64,000 nucleotides of DNA from Phoronis australis (taxonomy: Eukaryota; Animalia; Phoronida): positions 62,001 through 126,000 of the forward strand of contig NMRA01000210.1 of assembly GCA_002633005.1 (NCBI GenBank). The letters are read 5' to 3'. The notes beneath the pieces were generated by a model. It was not told where the DNA came from and did no database searches. It was given only the letters and a program-made list of their open reading frames with translations. The translations under genes were made by a program, and so were the position numbers. Shown here piece after piece: positions 27,201-39,200 of the stretch; within the stretch, counting starts at the first letter, position 1; each line of letters begins with the position of its first letter.

Positions 27201-30200
27201 TCTTTGAAGAACCGTTAAAATATGGGTGAGTTGTCATATCTCTGTTACGAAGAAATTGACTTAATTTTCAACAGTTCCTTTTTTATTAAATAATAGTTTC
27301 GATTGCTGTGAGGAATTTCGTTGTAATCACCCCACAAAAGTCTGAAAAATAGTAATAAAATGTACCAAGAACGGCAGGTGAAGTTTAGAACTTTTGTTTG
27401 TTTCCACCACTGGCCTCCCATTGGTACTGACTTGGATGGATCTTCTGGTCACATGATGCAGCTGATAATCTGTGACGTGCCTGTGGCCGGAGTTGGTTGT
27501 GCGGGCAAAATTGACGTTGCGATGTGCGATGTCTTGTTTCTTAACACCCCATCGCAGCATTGATTGTTTACTTTTTAGTTTTGAGCTAAGAATAGGGGGA
27601 ACTTAATTAGGGTGAATTCATTGCATTGGGACCTGCAGTTTCAACCTAAAGCAAAAATACTGTGTACGATGTTTTTCGCATGTCTTCATTGTGTTTCAGT
27701 CACAGAGTCGAGTTTATCTATTGCCAAAGTGGGGACTTTGCCGATGATGCAGAAATGCGCGAAAGGTAAGTTTCTTTTCTGTGAAGCGTCGGACCTACGT
27801 TTGTCAGTCGATCATGGACTATAGTACATGGATCGCCAGCACCGTATATTTTCAATGGACGAAATCTGTGATCTCATGTATAAGCTGTGGGGTCACTATT
27901 CACTAGTGACACCTGACAAACATAGCACGTTTTACTTCCGGCAAGTACGTCGTCTGCTAATCTTGGTCAGCTGTTGTGTGGGTGCGTGCTCGGCCACAAA
28001 GCCGAAATGTAGAGGATTGAGCTTTCGTAATTTTTCTCAGTACGTGAGCCCTGAATTCCAAACTGTCCGGATTAAATATATGCTAAGTTGTACAAGCAGA
28101 TGACAAAACCAGTCAGCACTGAAGTTTGAATTTTGCAATTACACGACCCACGACTAGTTGCATTGCCAAAAGTACTCACGATACCAAGTGTTCCACTATT
28201 GCAAGTCTTCGAACAGTGTTTCAATGCCGAATTTTTTTTTGTTGTACTGGAGAGTAAAATAGATGCCAGAACTTCCCGTTACAATACACTGACCGAAAGC
28301 TGAGTTCGCTATATCTTTAGAGGGCTGAGCCTTTTCTAGGATATTACGCAAGAAAATGTCGGATTTGCGAATCTGTTATCTATAATGTATGATTCGATTT
28401 AACGAGAACAGACTATGTACACGTATTTTTAAAGTTGGTACATATCCTTCTCTGCCTTCGCGTATTATGCTATCTGAAAATGTTTATGAGTTGTCTACTT
28501 CACTGCTATAAACAATTAGCGCGCACCCAGCTTAAAATGTAGGGGAGCTCGAAAGTTTCAGTAAAAACTGTGTACTACGTTAAACCATACGAATTGTGCA
28601 TTCGCGCCGACTTCCAGTGGTCTTTTGTCTCGTTTTCTCGTACTTTTTTTTCTCTGAGGCGGACCTTCATGCCCACTTCCCCAAATGGGGGGTGAGCCCC
28701 CCGAGCTCCCCCCTGGGTGCGCGCATGAACAATGTGAAATATTAAATTTGCAGGAGGCCCGATATCTTTTTCCTTTTGCATGAGATGTGCTCAGGCCAGA
28801 CAGTCGAGTTTGTACTGGTCTCGCGATTGTTCCTTTCACCACGTTAGAGTCTGTTTGAGCAATTTCTGTATAATGTGCGAAACGGGTCTGCAGTGGACTC
28901 ATACTACAGTGCTACATTTGTATAAACAAATGAAGGCGGTCTGATATCTTTTTCCTTTTACACGAGACGTCCTCAGGCCACACAGCCGAGCCCCTTGAAC
29001 AAAAACAAGAACAAAAACAAAAAAGTTAAGTGAAACAATTTGCGAGTTCGATTGTAGTTTTTTAAGAAAATTACAAATTAATATATTTTCAATATGCACA
29101 CAGGTGGTGTGATTTTTGTCAATTTCCATTCTTAAACGATTTTTAGAAAGATAAAATCACTCGCAACTTTAGACGTAGCCGGCGCTGACGTGTCTGACGA
29201 CGATTTCCAGAGAGCTTTGGACAGTGTCTTACCCGATGACCCTTACGTTTTACTAACGACAAGCGTAAGTAGTTTGACATGGGGAGTTGCAGTCACGTAT
29301 TATCTTCAGATTGCATGAGACCTTTGGTGTCTTTTCGTCTTTAATTTGGAATTTTTTGCACTTAAACGTAGTTGCGGGAAATTTGACGATTTTCCCTGAA
29401 ATTCAGCATTAAACATATGTAGTGTTTTTCTCTCAGAATTACTAAGGATGCTCGAGATTTTTCACAACGATTGTCATCTTTCAATGGCATAAGTTTTGAG
29501 GATTGTTCATGTCTTCTACAATTTGCAAGCGTTCCGTATCTTACAGAGACGTTGATATCTTCTACAAACTTGGACCTTTAGTAGACGGATTTTAGAAAAT
29601 AAGTTTCTTAATCACCACCTCAGAGCGGTTTAAGTCACATTCTATTAGGTTTGAACAATTTGTTTCTCTCTCTCCCTCGACCAGGGCTCTACTGGTTTAC
29701 CAAAACTAGTGACACATAGGCATAGCACCATGTGTAACATGGGGAAGTTCAACTTTAGTTTTGAGTGTCCAGGCAAGCAAGCATCATCTGAGGTACAGTA
29801 TGAATTCCGTCACCATTATACATTCACAAATGTATACGGCTAGGTGTTATGACGCACAAACAGGACTGTTCATACATTGCCTTCTTCAAAAACAGCTTTT
29901 TGTAGGTACCTTCTCGGGCAAGCGTATATATTTTAAGTTACAGGTCCACGATTTAGGTATATGACGGACCCTCAAAAATGACCAAATCTGGAAAACTTAG
30001 GAAAATTTTATCTCAAAGATGGCTTGTCGGATTCATATGAAACTTTCAGATACCAAACTTTTTGCACTTTTTTCCAACACCCTACTGGAAGTTTCGCATG
30101 AGGGGCTATCAGGAAATAGGACTTTAATGATTTTCATGAAAAATTGGTATCAAAGTAGTATCAAACGAAAACGAAATGATAATTTAGAACGCCTAAGAGA

Positions 30201-33200
30201 GTTTTTGAGATTTCATCTTAAACCTTTACACGTATATGAGATTTTACCAATCGTCAAAATTTCAACGTTTTCGATAAATTAATTGATGAAAATTGGTTTT
30301 TGGTTAGTATAACCTACATTTTTCACTACATTGCCTGTCTTACAACATTCAATCTCAATATCAACTGAATTTGCACTGTGTAATTATTTTAATCATCACT
30401 AATTGTGTAAGCCAGATTTCAATGGGAGTCAAACTAAATCAGAAGAGGGTCAACATAAGTACATGTACCTGTTGGTCAACAGGGCATTGTCGTACACATT
30501 GTGAGCCACGCGCCGGGAACGCTGATATCGAGAAACCAAACTACGAGGCGGAGAATAGAAATCGTGTACCAAGTTATGCAGAATACCCTAATACGTTTGT
30601 ACATGTATGTGTTGCAGAATCCAGGAATAATAGCTACACTGAGTATATGGGGAGACCCTATGGTTACTATCTGGTTCATTGGAGTCGGAACGTATTATAA
30701 AAAAAGAGTAAAAATCATATTCTTTTCGGGCGACGAACAAGACGAGAGTTGGGATCTCGAGAGAGATATTTTGCAAATATTTGAAAAAGAAAGGTGAGTG
30801 TGGTATATAATTCCTTTTCTAATATTTTGACCCCATTTTGCCCCTGAAAACGATTGCTTTGTACTCGAAACTTTGTCTGTTGCATATTCCATCGTTCTTC
30901 TTTCTGATGTATTTGCAGAGTTAAATCTAAATTTCGTTTACCACTTTTCACTTCAGGCAATCTTAAAGTTAATTGGGTGAAGCACTGGGAGTAAGAGGGG
31001 GACAGGAAGTGGCTAGGGTGAGAGGGAAGGGGAGAGGCAGGGAGAAAAGGGGGCCTTGGTTTGAATATAACAATTTGCAGGTAAAAAGGACACTTGCCAA
31101 GCAACGCCTTATTACAACACAAACTAAAACCTCAAGAGTAGAAAACTTTAAAAAGTTTTGTCGCCACCACTGTTAACAGCCATGTTTATGATGGACAATG
31201 ATTGCCAAGGGTCGTCGCACAATTCTAGGCATACCCATCCCAACGAAGTGCTGTCTGCGTTCAGTACATACAGAATGTTATAAAGGGGAATCTTTATTAT
31301 TGAGATCCATTTGGTATATACATGTAAAATAATAAAAAACCTCCCATTGAATTGGAAAGCTAACAAAAAGGGCTACCTTCCTGCAGCGCACGACCGTCAA
31401 CGACAGGAGTCTGTTCCCCCAAGCCATTCACATGGGCACCGTGCGGAAACAGCATGGGTATCGTGCGGGCCCAACATGCGCATCGTGCGTTCACAGCAGC
31501 GCAATCCTGCGGGCATAACATTGGAATCGTACGGGCACAGTATCGGTACTTGCGAGCACGGCATGGGTATCGTGCGGGCACAGCATGGGCATCGTGCGGC
31601 ACAGCTTGGGACAATGTGCAGTATTTTGTCCAATGATGGTTCCATCAAAATGAACAATGTAATGTTATGTGAAATGTCACAGAGACTCATTTAGGGATTT
31701 GGATTTTCCATAGTTAAATTCACCGAATTATTTCACGAAATTAAAAATTACAGACGTTTGGAATAACGGCCCTTCGAAGTGCAATCTCGTAGAGGTAAAG
31801 ACAGTTCGAAGTCACTGAAATGCACTTTTCACTTATTTTCGTACTAACTGCCCTTCGATGTTTAAGCACTTTGGAGTCTCGTCGGGGTGAAAGCCCTTCT
31901 GAGTAAAGACCTTGACGTCCCTGTACTACTGCTGTTAACAATGCACCACGTGGTCGCATTTCAACGGTTGTCGTTTCTTTCCTTACAGGTGCACGCAGTG
32001 TTTCATGTGGCCTGTTCATTATATTACAATTGCCAACTGTCCCAACATTGATAAGTACGACTTGAGTTGCATGAGATTAGGTAAGAACATTCAAGTCACG
32101 TTCGAAGCTCAGGGGTAGGGCGTCTGGAGGATCACCTTCGTTTTATCTCTTATTCGGCAACGTTAGAGGAATGATACAGTGTAGATCCACTGCTCTATTC
32201 AAGATCCTGTATTAGCACCTGCGTGCCTTAGTTTGACTGGCTATGTATTTCAAAATACGTGTACTTCAAGTGTAAGCGTTAGGTTTCGTATTTAATCTTC
32301 CGTGTTCTTTCCATTTTATACGTTTTCACATCGTAGACGGACTGTTTACAAACGCAGGGCTCGATTGGCCGACCTGCAGCATGTCGCCAATGCGACTTGG
32401 ACTTCAGAATTTTTTTGGCGAAGGTCGCCATTCTCTCACTCAAATATAATAGGAAGTAAAAAGATGGAAGTGGGGATAGTTTGGCAAAAATCACAAGGAC
32501 TCCTTTATGAGTTGTCCACAGGTAAGGCGTTGCAAACGTGTTCATTTGCCAATTCAGCTCGAGAGCGGAAATTTATCTTCATGGCGCATTCTCCTGACAA
32601 TCCCTTCTATCAAAAAAGAATACAGTCCGGGCGATCTCGGGTGGACCGGCGGACGTTTGCAGGGTTTGTTTTTTTACATCAAGTATCCCGTTCACTTCAT
32701 TTCTGTTCTTGCAAGCGAGGCTTTGCGACCTCAATTAACGTTTGATTTCTTCCCTATTGGCTATGTACTATGTATTTGATGTGGCATACCCTAGAGCGTT
32801 TTCTAACATCCTGGAACTTTTCCAGAAATGTAATGGAGGAGCAAAATAGAGAGAAATCGAGTAAGGGCTTTAAAGTTGTGTGTTGCGATCTGATGAAAGA
32901 ACCTCCTGGTTGTTAAAACAGAAGTATTTCTTGACTGTATATNNNNNNNNNNNNNNNNNNNNNNNNNNNNNNNNNNNNNNNNNTGTGTGTGTGTGTGTGT
33001 GTGTGTGTGAAGTAATATTGATGCATATTTCTCAGTATTTGACGGCTTCTTTAATGTGTGTGTAAGTGTTTGAGTAGGTGGGAATGTGAGATCCATGGAG
33101 TGTTAATCTTTAATTAGTTCATGCCTACTTGGATGAACAAAAATAAAGAGCTTACTGTTACAATAGACAATCTTTTCATGTTAAGTCCGCATTGTATGTA

Positions 33201-36200
33201 ACTGCTTGACACCCTAATGACTCTGACACGCATGTTTCTATTACAGTGTAGATTTGTTCTGAAACAGTAATTGCTTATGAGCATGGGCTAAATTCACCAC
33301 CATTAGAACACTCAATGTTCCGAAACTCTAGTAGAACACCAACATAATGTTCTGTAAGTGTAACACGTGTCACATGTGTCACAAGCGTTCAACTGTGAAC
33401 ACTATGTGACGCACGTGTTCTATTTTGAACACCATTTTACGGTCTGTAGTGCGTTCCAACTTGAACAGTAGCTGTCCGGCCAAAAATTTTAACACATAGT
33501 GTGCTGCGCTTATAGAACACTATGACTGTGTTCACAAATTGTAACATTTTTGTGTTCTATTTTGTGTTCTAAAGTAGAACACATAAGTTTAGAGTGTAGA
33601 CATTTCACAATGTCTCATTTGACTAGTTGACGTTATGTTTCTTGCAGACATGTAAACGGATAAATTTGATCAATAGAGCTCACGTGCTCAAGTATTGAAT
33701 TGTTATTGAATTAAAACGGTTCTGCTGATTGGGATGATAATTTGAAAAAAACTGTTGCGTCTTGCCGTCTAATGTCTAGTTCTTTGCTTTTACACGTGCA
33801 GGTCAGCTAAGTGCTCAAAAATGCTCTCCTGAACTGTTTGACAGAATGTTCAAGATCTTTCCAGACCTCATGGTAAGACATTTGCTTTACATGTACATTG
33901 ATCATTTTCACGAAAGACGTCGCTCTAGTCGGTTGGCAACTAGTACACGCAGTGTTGGCTTACGCAGTAACCCTTACATTGGTAGTTTGCTTACGCGCTG
34001 AACTTTCTGTATCCTTCGCGATTACACTTGATAAAACCTGAGGTACTTGTACATGTATACACATGCGCGCCACCTTTAGCAATTGCATTGAACTTTCTTT
34101 TTCTATTCGTGTAAACACAGTTTGGCTTAAGTCTTGTAAATCGAAACCTTATCTTGGATAGTTCACTGGCAACATGAAATAAATTCATTGCAATGTTTAG
34201 AATGTCGTTGTCGTCACTTCTCTGGAAAGGCTTGTTCTCACTTCGTGCTGGCAGCCCTTGGCGAACGCATTCCCCTTCCACTTTCCCTTCTACATGTATG
34301 TCAGGAAGTACCAATCTTATAATTTGAGGTAGGCGGCCTTTCTTCTAACCCTTGAATGATTCTCCTACACGAAAATTGACGCCAACAATATCTTTATAAA
34401 TCCATGTCGGTGCGTGGTCGTTCAGGTATCTAACAACCTCTAACTCATTTGCAGCATATTTATGGATGCACCGAGACTCTGGTCGTTGGATGCACAACGA
34501 AAGATTATCCCGATAGAAAAACGCGCACAGAATCGGTGGGGCACGCACCGCCATTTTACGAGGTACGTTAAGTTAGATTCCAATGCCTTGAGACAACAGT
34601 GGCAGGACTTTCTTGGAAAGTGTTATGATGACGACGACAACAACGGTAATGGCATACGATGCTGATGTCAATGATGACAACGATGATGATGACGACGACG
34701 ACGACGACGAAGACGTCGGCAGATCGCTATTTTTAATGCGGTTTCTGAGAATGTGGACCTTTTACTAAGATTCAAGGGGCACGTTCAGAGCTATGAATCT
34801 TGCTTTCGCCGAAATTTGGCAGTTCCTGCATTTTTCGTGGACTTCAGTCTTGATTTCTACTTTTTTCGGAGTTTTTGTTTTTCTGAGGCGGACCTTTTTG
34901 CACAAATGAACGAGCCCACCCCCGGGTGCGCATGAATTGAGCAGATCTTCTTCCTTATGAAACCGGAGGCCTAATACTCCTTACCCTAATGGTAGTCTAT
35001 ATCCGTTACCAACAAGAGCGTCGAAACCATCAGCGACTCTATAAATCGCTTTAAAGTCTATTGGAGTTGGCCAATTCTAAAATTGTGAATTCGAAAATGG
35101 CCTGCTACTTGAGTTACCGGCTCACTCAGAAACAATTATAGCTGAGATGAATGTCATGGTTATCTTCAGAAATCCCAAAACAATTGGGCTAAGATTTCAA
35201 CATTGACAATTTAACTATGCGAAGTGCAACTACACAAATAATATATACAACATATTTGACTCGGACAGATATGTGTGAACATGTTTTGTCATCTTCAGAT
35301 CAAAGTGATAGGAGATGACGGTCAAGTGGTTGCGATCGATACACCAGGCGAGATATGTGTAAAGGGTTGGGGACACATGCACAGCTACTGGAACGATCCC
35401 GAACTGACCCAGAAAGCATTCATAAATGGATGGTATCATACGGGGTAGGCTATTGAATATTTTTGTTGGTACTTTAATTTAAAAGTACGCTCAATCTCAG
35501 TGATTTGATGTGGCGTAATGGTCAAATATTTAAATTAAAAACAGGCGGTTTTTGTGATAAACATTTATAATGTCATGTCTTGTTCCAGCTCCAATAAAAA
35601 CTAAAGCCCTCTTACGGGGTTTGAATTAGCACAACTCCAGCCTTGCACATAATGACTGCGCCACCAGAAAACGAAGAGAAATAAAGATCACGTTATTGTT
35701 GTAAACAAGGGCTCCCGTGTGAACATAATACTTTACGACTTTAATGACATAACAAGAAAATAATGTAAACACACTTCAAGTCAATTTCGAGATGAATTTC
35801 ATTTGGTGATGCATTCTTAATTCTAGCAACCACACATTGGTCAAGTAAAAAAATCCACGAAATACCGACCTGTGAAAGCCAAATACATTGATGATGTAAT
35901 AAAATTAACAGTTAATTCAAATTAATCTGTGTCAGATTAATTAGAATTAGTTCAGTGTAAATTAGAGGCAACAATTCAACCGAATAATAGTCGTGCATAC
36001 TAATTGTTGCCTTCAGGTAACAATGCTTTAGTTGGTTCATGATTGTTGTTACTACAGTGATGTACATGTAAATTTTGTGCGTGATATTTATACAGTGATA
36101 TGGGTACCATGGATTCTGAGGGTATGCTGCACATACTTGGAAGGAAGGCTGATTCAATACGTTTTAAGCGATATGCGGATGTAGTGTATCCAGCCCCTAT

Positions 36201-39200
36201 AGAAAATGCTATATTGGATCATCCTAAAGTTAAAGGGGCTCAGGTAAGTTGCGTTATTGTTATGCTTTGAATTTCCTCAATGTTACATTAACTTCTATTT
36301 GTAAAAACAACCACAGTCTTAAATCGACTTGACATGTTTCGGTGTCATTTATTAAAACACCATCATTAGAAGAGAGAATATAGTGGCCACCTAGCCAGGC
36401 CCAGCAACAAGTAATGAAGCACAGATAGACCAACAATGACAACCTGTGGTGTGCCAGTTGTCTATTGAGATTGGGCTTGAACCAACTGATGTGTAGAACC
36501 TCATGAATTTTAAGCTGCTTTGTTATTTCTGTCTGGTGTATTATTTCAAGTCATTGAAAGAGCACTGCTGATAACAATGATTGGTGCTCTGTAGATGAAT
36601 ATTTATATGTGAACTTCTGTCAGAATTTAGATGTTCCCTGGTCCTGGGACTGTTTCGCCTACATACATGTAACTGGAGCCACATCCAGCACAGATAAATT
36701 TGTATACTACCCTGGACCGTAAGGCCCATAGAAATTTTGTCCTCATGGTTAAATAAATTCGACAGTTTTACAGACTTGAATGTTGATACAACTCTTAAGT
36801 TAACACAGTAATCATTCACCAATTTGTGGAGTTTTCGTTTGGCAATCTTGGCGTAAAACCTAACATAGGGTACTTTAAACTACTTGCCTTTAGTTTTGTT
36901 TACAGGATGAATATCATTAGGGTTACCTTAGAGTCTTGCTTTCATTACCCTATTGGACCAATTCTGGGGGATAGCCATTCGTTTGCAAATTGATTGTAAA
37001 TTCTTTAATATTACAATCAAATCTATCCCAAGTGTTGTCAATGCGATACACCTTGTCTATTAGTTTTAATTAGACCTACTTTATGAACAAAGGATGTGAA
37101 GTTATGAAAACAAGTGTACAGTCCTTTGTAGGTCTTATGAAATACTGATGTTACCACTGAGGTACCCTCACGCTCCTCTAACAAGTCCAGAAATGGAAAA
37201 ATGTTGTCGACCTCTAATTCTATATTGAATTTCAAGTTAGGATGTCTCGAGTTTAAATACACCAAAAATTCCTGTGCTGACTTCAGTGAAAACACGACTG
37301 AAACAAAGTTGCTCGTTTGTCGAAACGATCTCCTTTCTCAGGTGTGCCGCCATGAAGCAAAACAAGGAGAGACATAACAAACAAACAAATTAAAACACTA
37401 GCAATATTTTGGACTGCATGTCTCACCATCTAGGTGGAGTGAACATAAACGAAGCGAAATAAACTATGAAATATACCTGACAGCAGGAGGAGAGGCATAC
37501 AAGCAGATAGTGTGTCTGAATGCACCACACGGTAGAAAGTCCACAAGTCAGCGCGCCGTACAACACAGGTTTTTCGTGATTGATAGATAGGGATTTCAAA
37601 ATCTTTTGAAAAATGTATCGTTTTCAACATTTCGAATGATGATATTGGTGTGAAGCGTGACTTCCGGGTTGTGACGACACGTACAGTCAGATAAAGCTTC
37701 TCTAAGTCACTTGCCAAGCGGCAGTTTCCTCTTTGTTGAATGGTTTAGACGCTTGGTCCTCAAACGTGCAGCCTGGGTTCAAGTCCCACTGGAGACACGG
37801 AAATTTTCTACAGTATTGTGTGCAAAATGATCTTGAGTGGACCCCCTGTAAGTGCATGGACAACCGTCGCGAGAGAGAACACGTGTGTTCAATGTAACGC
37901 TGATCACGAGAACGAGAACAAAGACATTCGTCCATGTGACATGTGAATTCATTTGGTTAACAGCATTTCGTGTCGTCATCTTGGGGTTGTTTTCCAAACA
38001 AAAAGTTTAGTCGTGTTTTCAAAGAAGTTTGTGTTAACAAAGGGCTGCTACCGAAGTACATGTATAATGCTATATAATATTAGTTAAAGAGGTCTGGAAC
38101 GCGATAAACAGAATAAATCGCAACATTGAAAGGGGTTCTTTGCCACTGAAACAGAATTTAACCTGCTCAGCAGGTATTATTACGGTTTCTTCGTAAAGAT
38201 CGTTGATTTCTGTTGATATCAAAGCATTTTGTTTTAGTTTCAAATTAAAGAAAAATGATCTGTCAACTGCTCGTCACTTCGCCAATGTTTCTCCCACAAG
38301 GCAAAGCACGTCTCCTTATTTGGTATGCAAAAACATAGATGTAGCACATTTCCCCTATATGGAAAATGTGACCTTTTACTTCCAGCGACTTCAAGCAACT
38401 GACTGTGAGTGGGAAGGAGATTAGAAACTCTGTTTTAACCTCAGAGTTAATTCCATTGCGCGTATTTCAAAAATCGTGAATTTTGTGATTTTCCCTGAAA
38501 AATTTCTCACATGGGAAATTGAATTACTCTGTAGTAGACGTTGCGAGATGGCACTTTCTTCAGGAACTGTTTAAAAGATATTTCTGACAAGCTTTCGCGT
38601 TCCATGCCTCTTTAAGTGGTTTCGCACAGGGCCTGCGTAGACTCGATTTGTGCGCTGTACCGAGGAGGCCAAAATTGGACTGGTACTCACGAAGCCAAAA
38701 ATTTGCTGCGTGCAGGATCGGCATAGGCACTGCGTAGGTTATAAGTTAGCATCTTTGTCGGACTGGCCCATCCTTCCGTCTATATTGTGTAGGCATGACG
38801 TATAGTAGCAGTCAACTCATTTGAGAGTTGTCCTCTTCTTTTAAGGGCCGATTACACATATTAAACAACATATACATCTGTATTAGCAAGCAGGCGTATA
38901 CAGGATTCTTGAATTGGGTGCCTCCATTGCACTTCCTTCATAAAACGTGACCTAAGTTCCCAATACCCCCTTGCAAGTCAACAGGAAGTGGTATTCATCC
39001 TCCACATCATTGCAAATCAAACATAATCTATTATAATATTCCACTTCCTCGTGTCTACCCACTTCCACTTGTTGGTTGGAGCAACGTAAGTGAGTAAACG
39101 CTTGAATAGCACTATTATGTAGCGGTAGCTTAAGATATGGATCAAAACGGTTCAGAGTTTTAAAGTTACGGTAGTATTTATACTTAAAAGTTTTGAATTA

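Noticed and set aside
30371-30617. 109-aa ORF as an extra gene B exon
   Set aside because: Gene C has no counterpart, and exon 8 splices in frame directly to 30618.
31416-31611. Regular ~22-bp array as a CRISPR or a coding repeat
   Set aside because: Units are contiguous with no unique spacers and no cas genes, and the context is a eukaryotic intron. The overlapping ORFs simply reflect the repeat.
37724-37798. Functional tRNA gene
   Set aside because: The anticodon and acceptor stems pair poorly, and the sequence is embedded in an insertion missing from the paralog.
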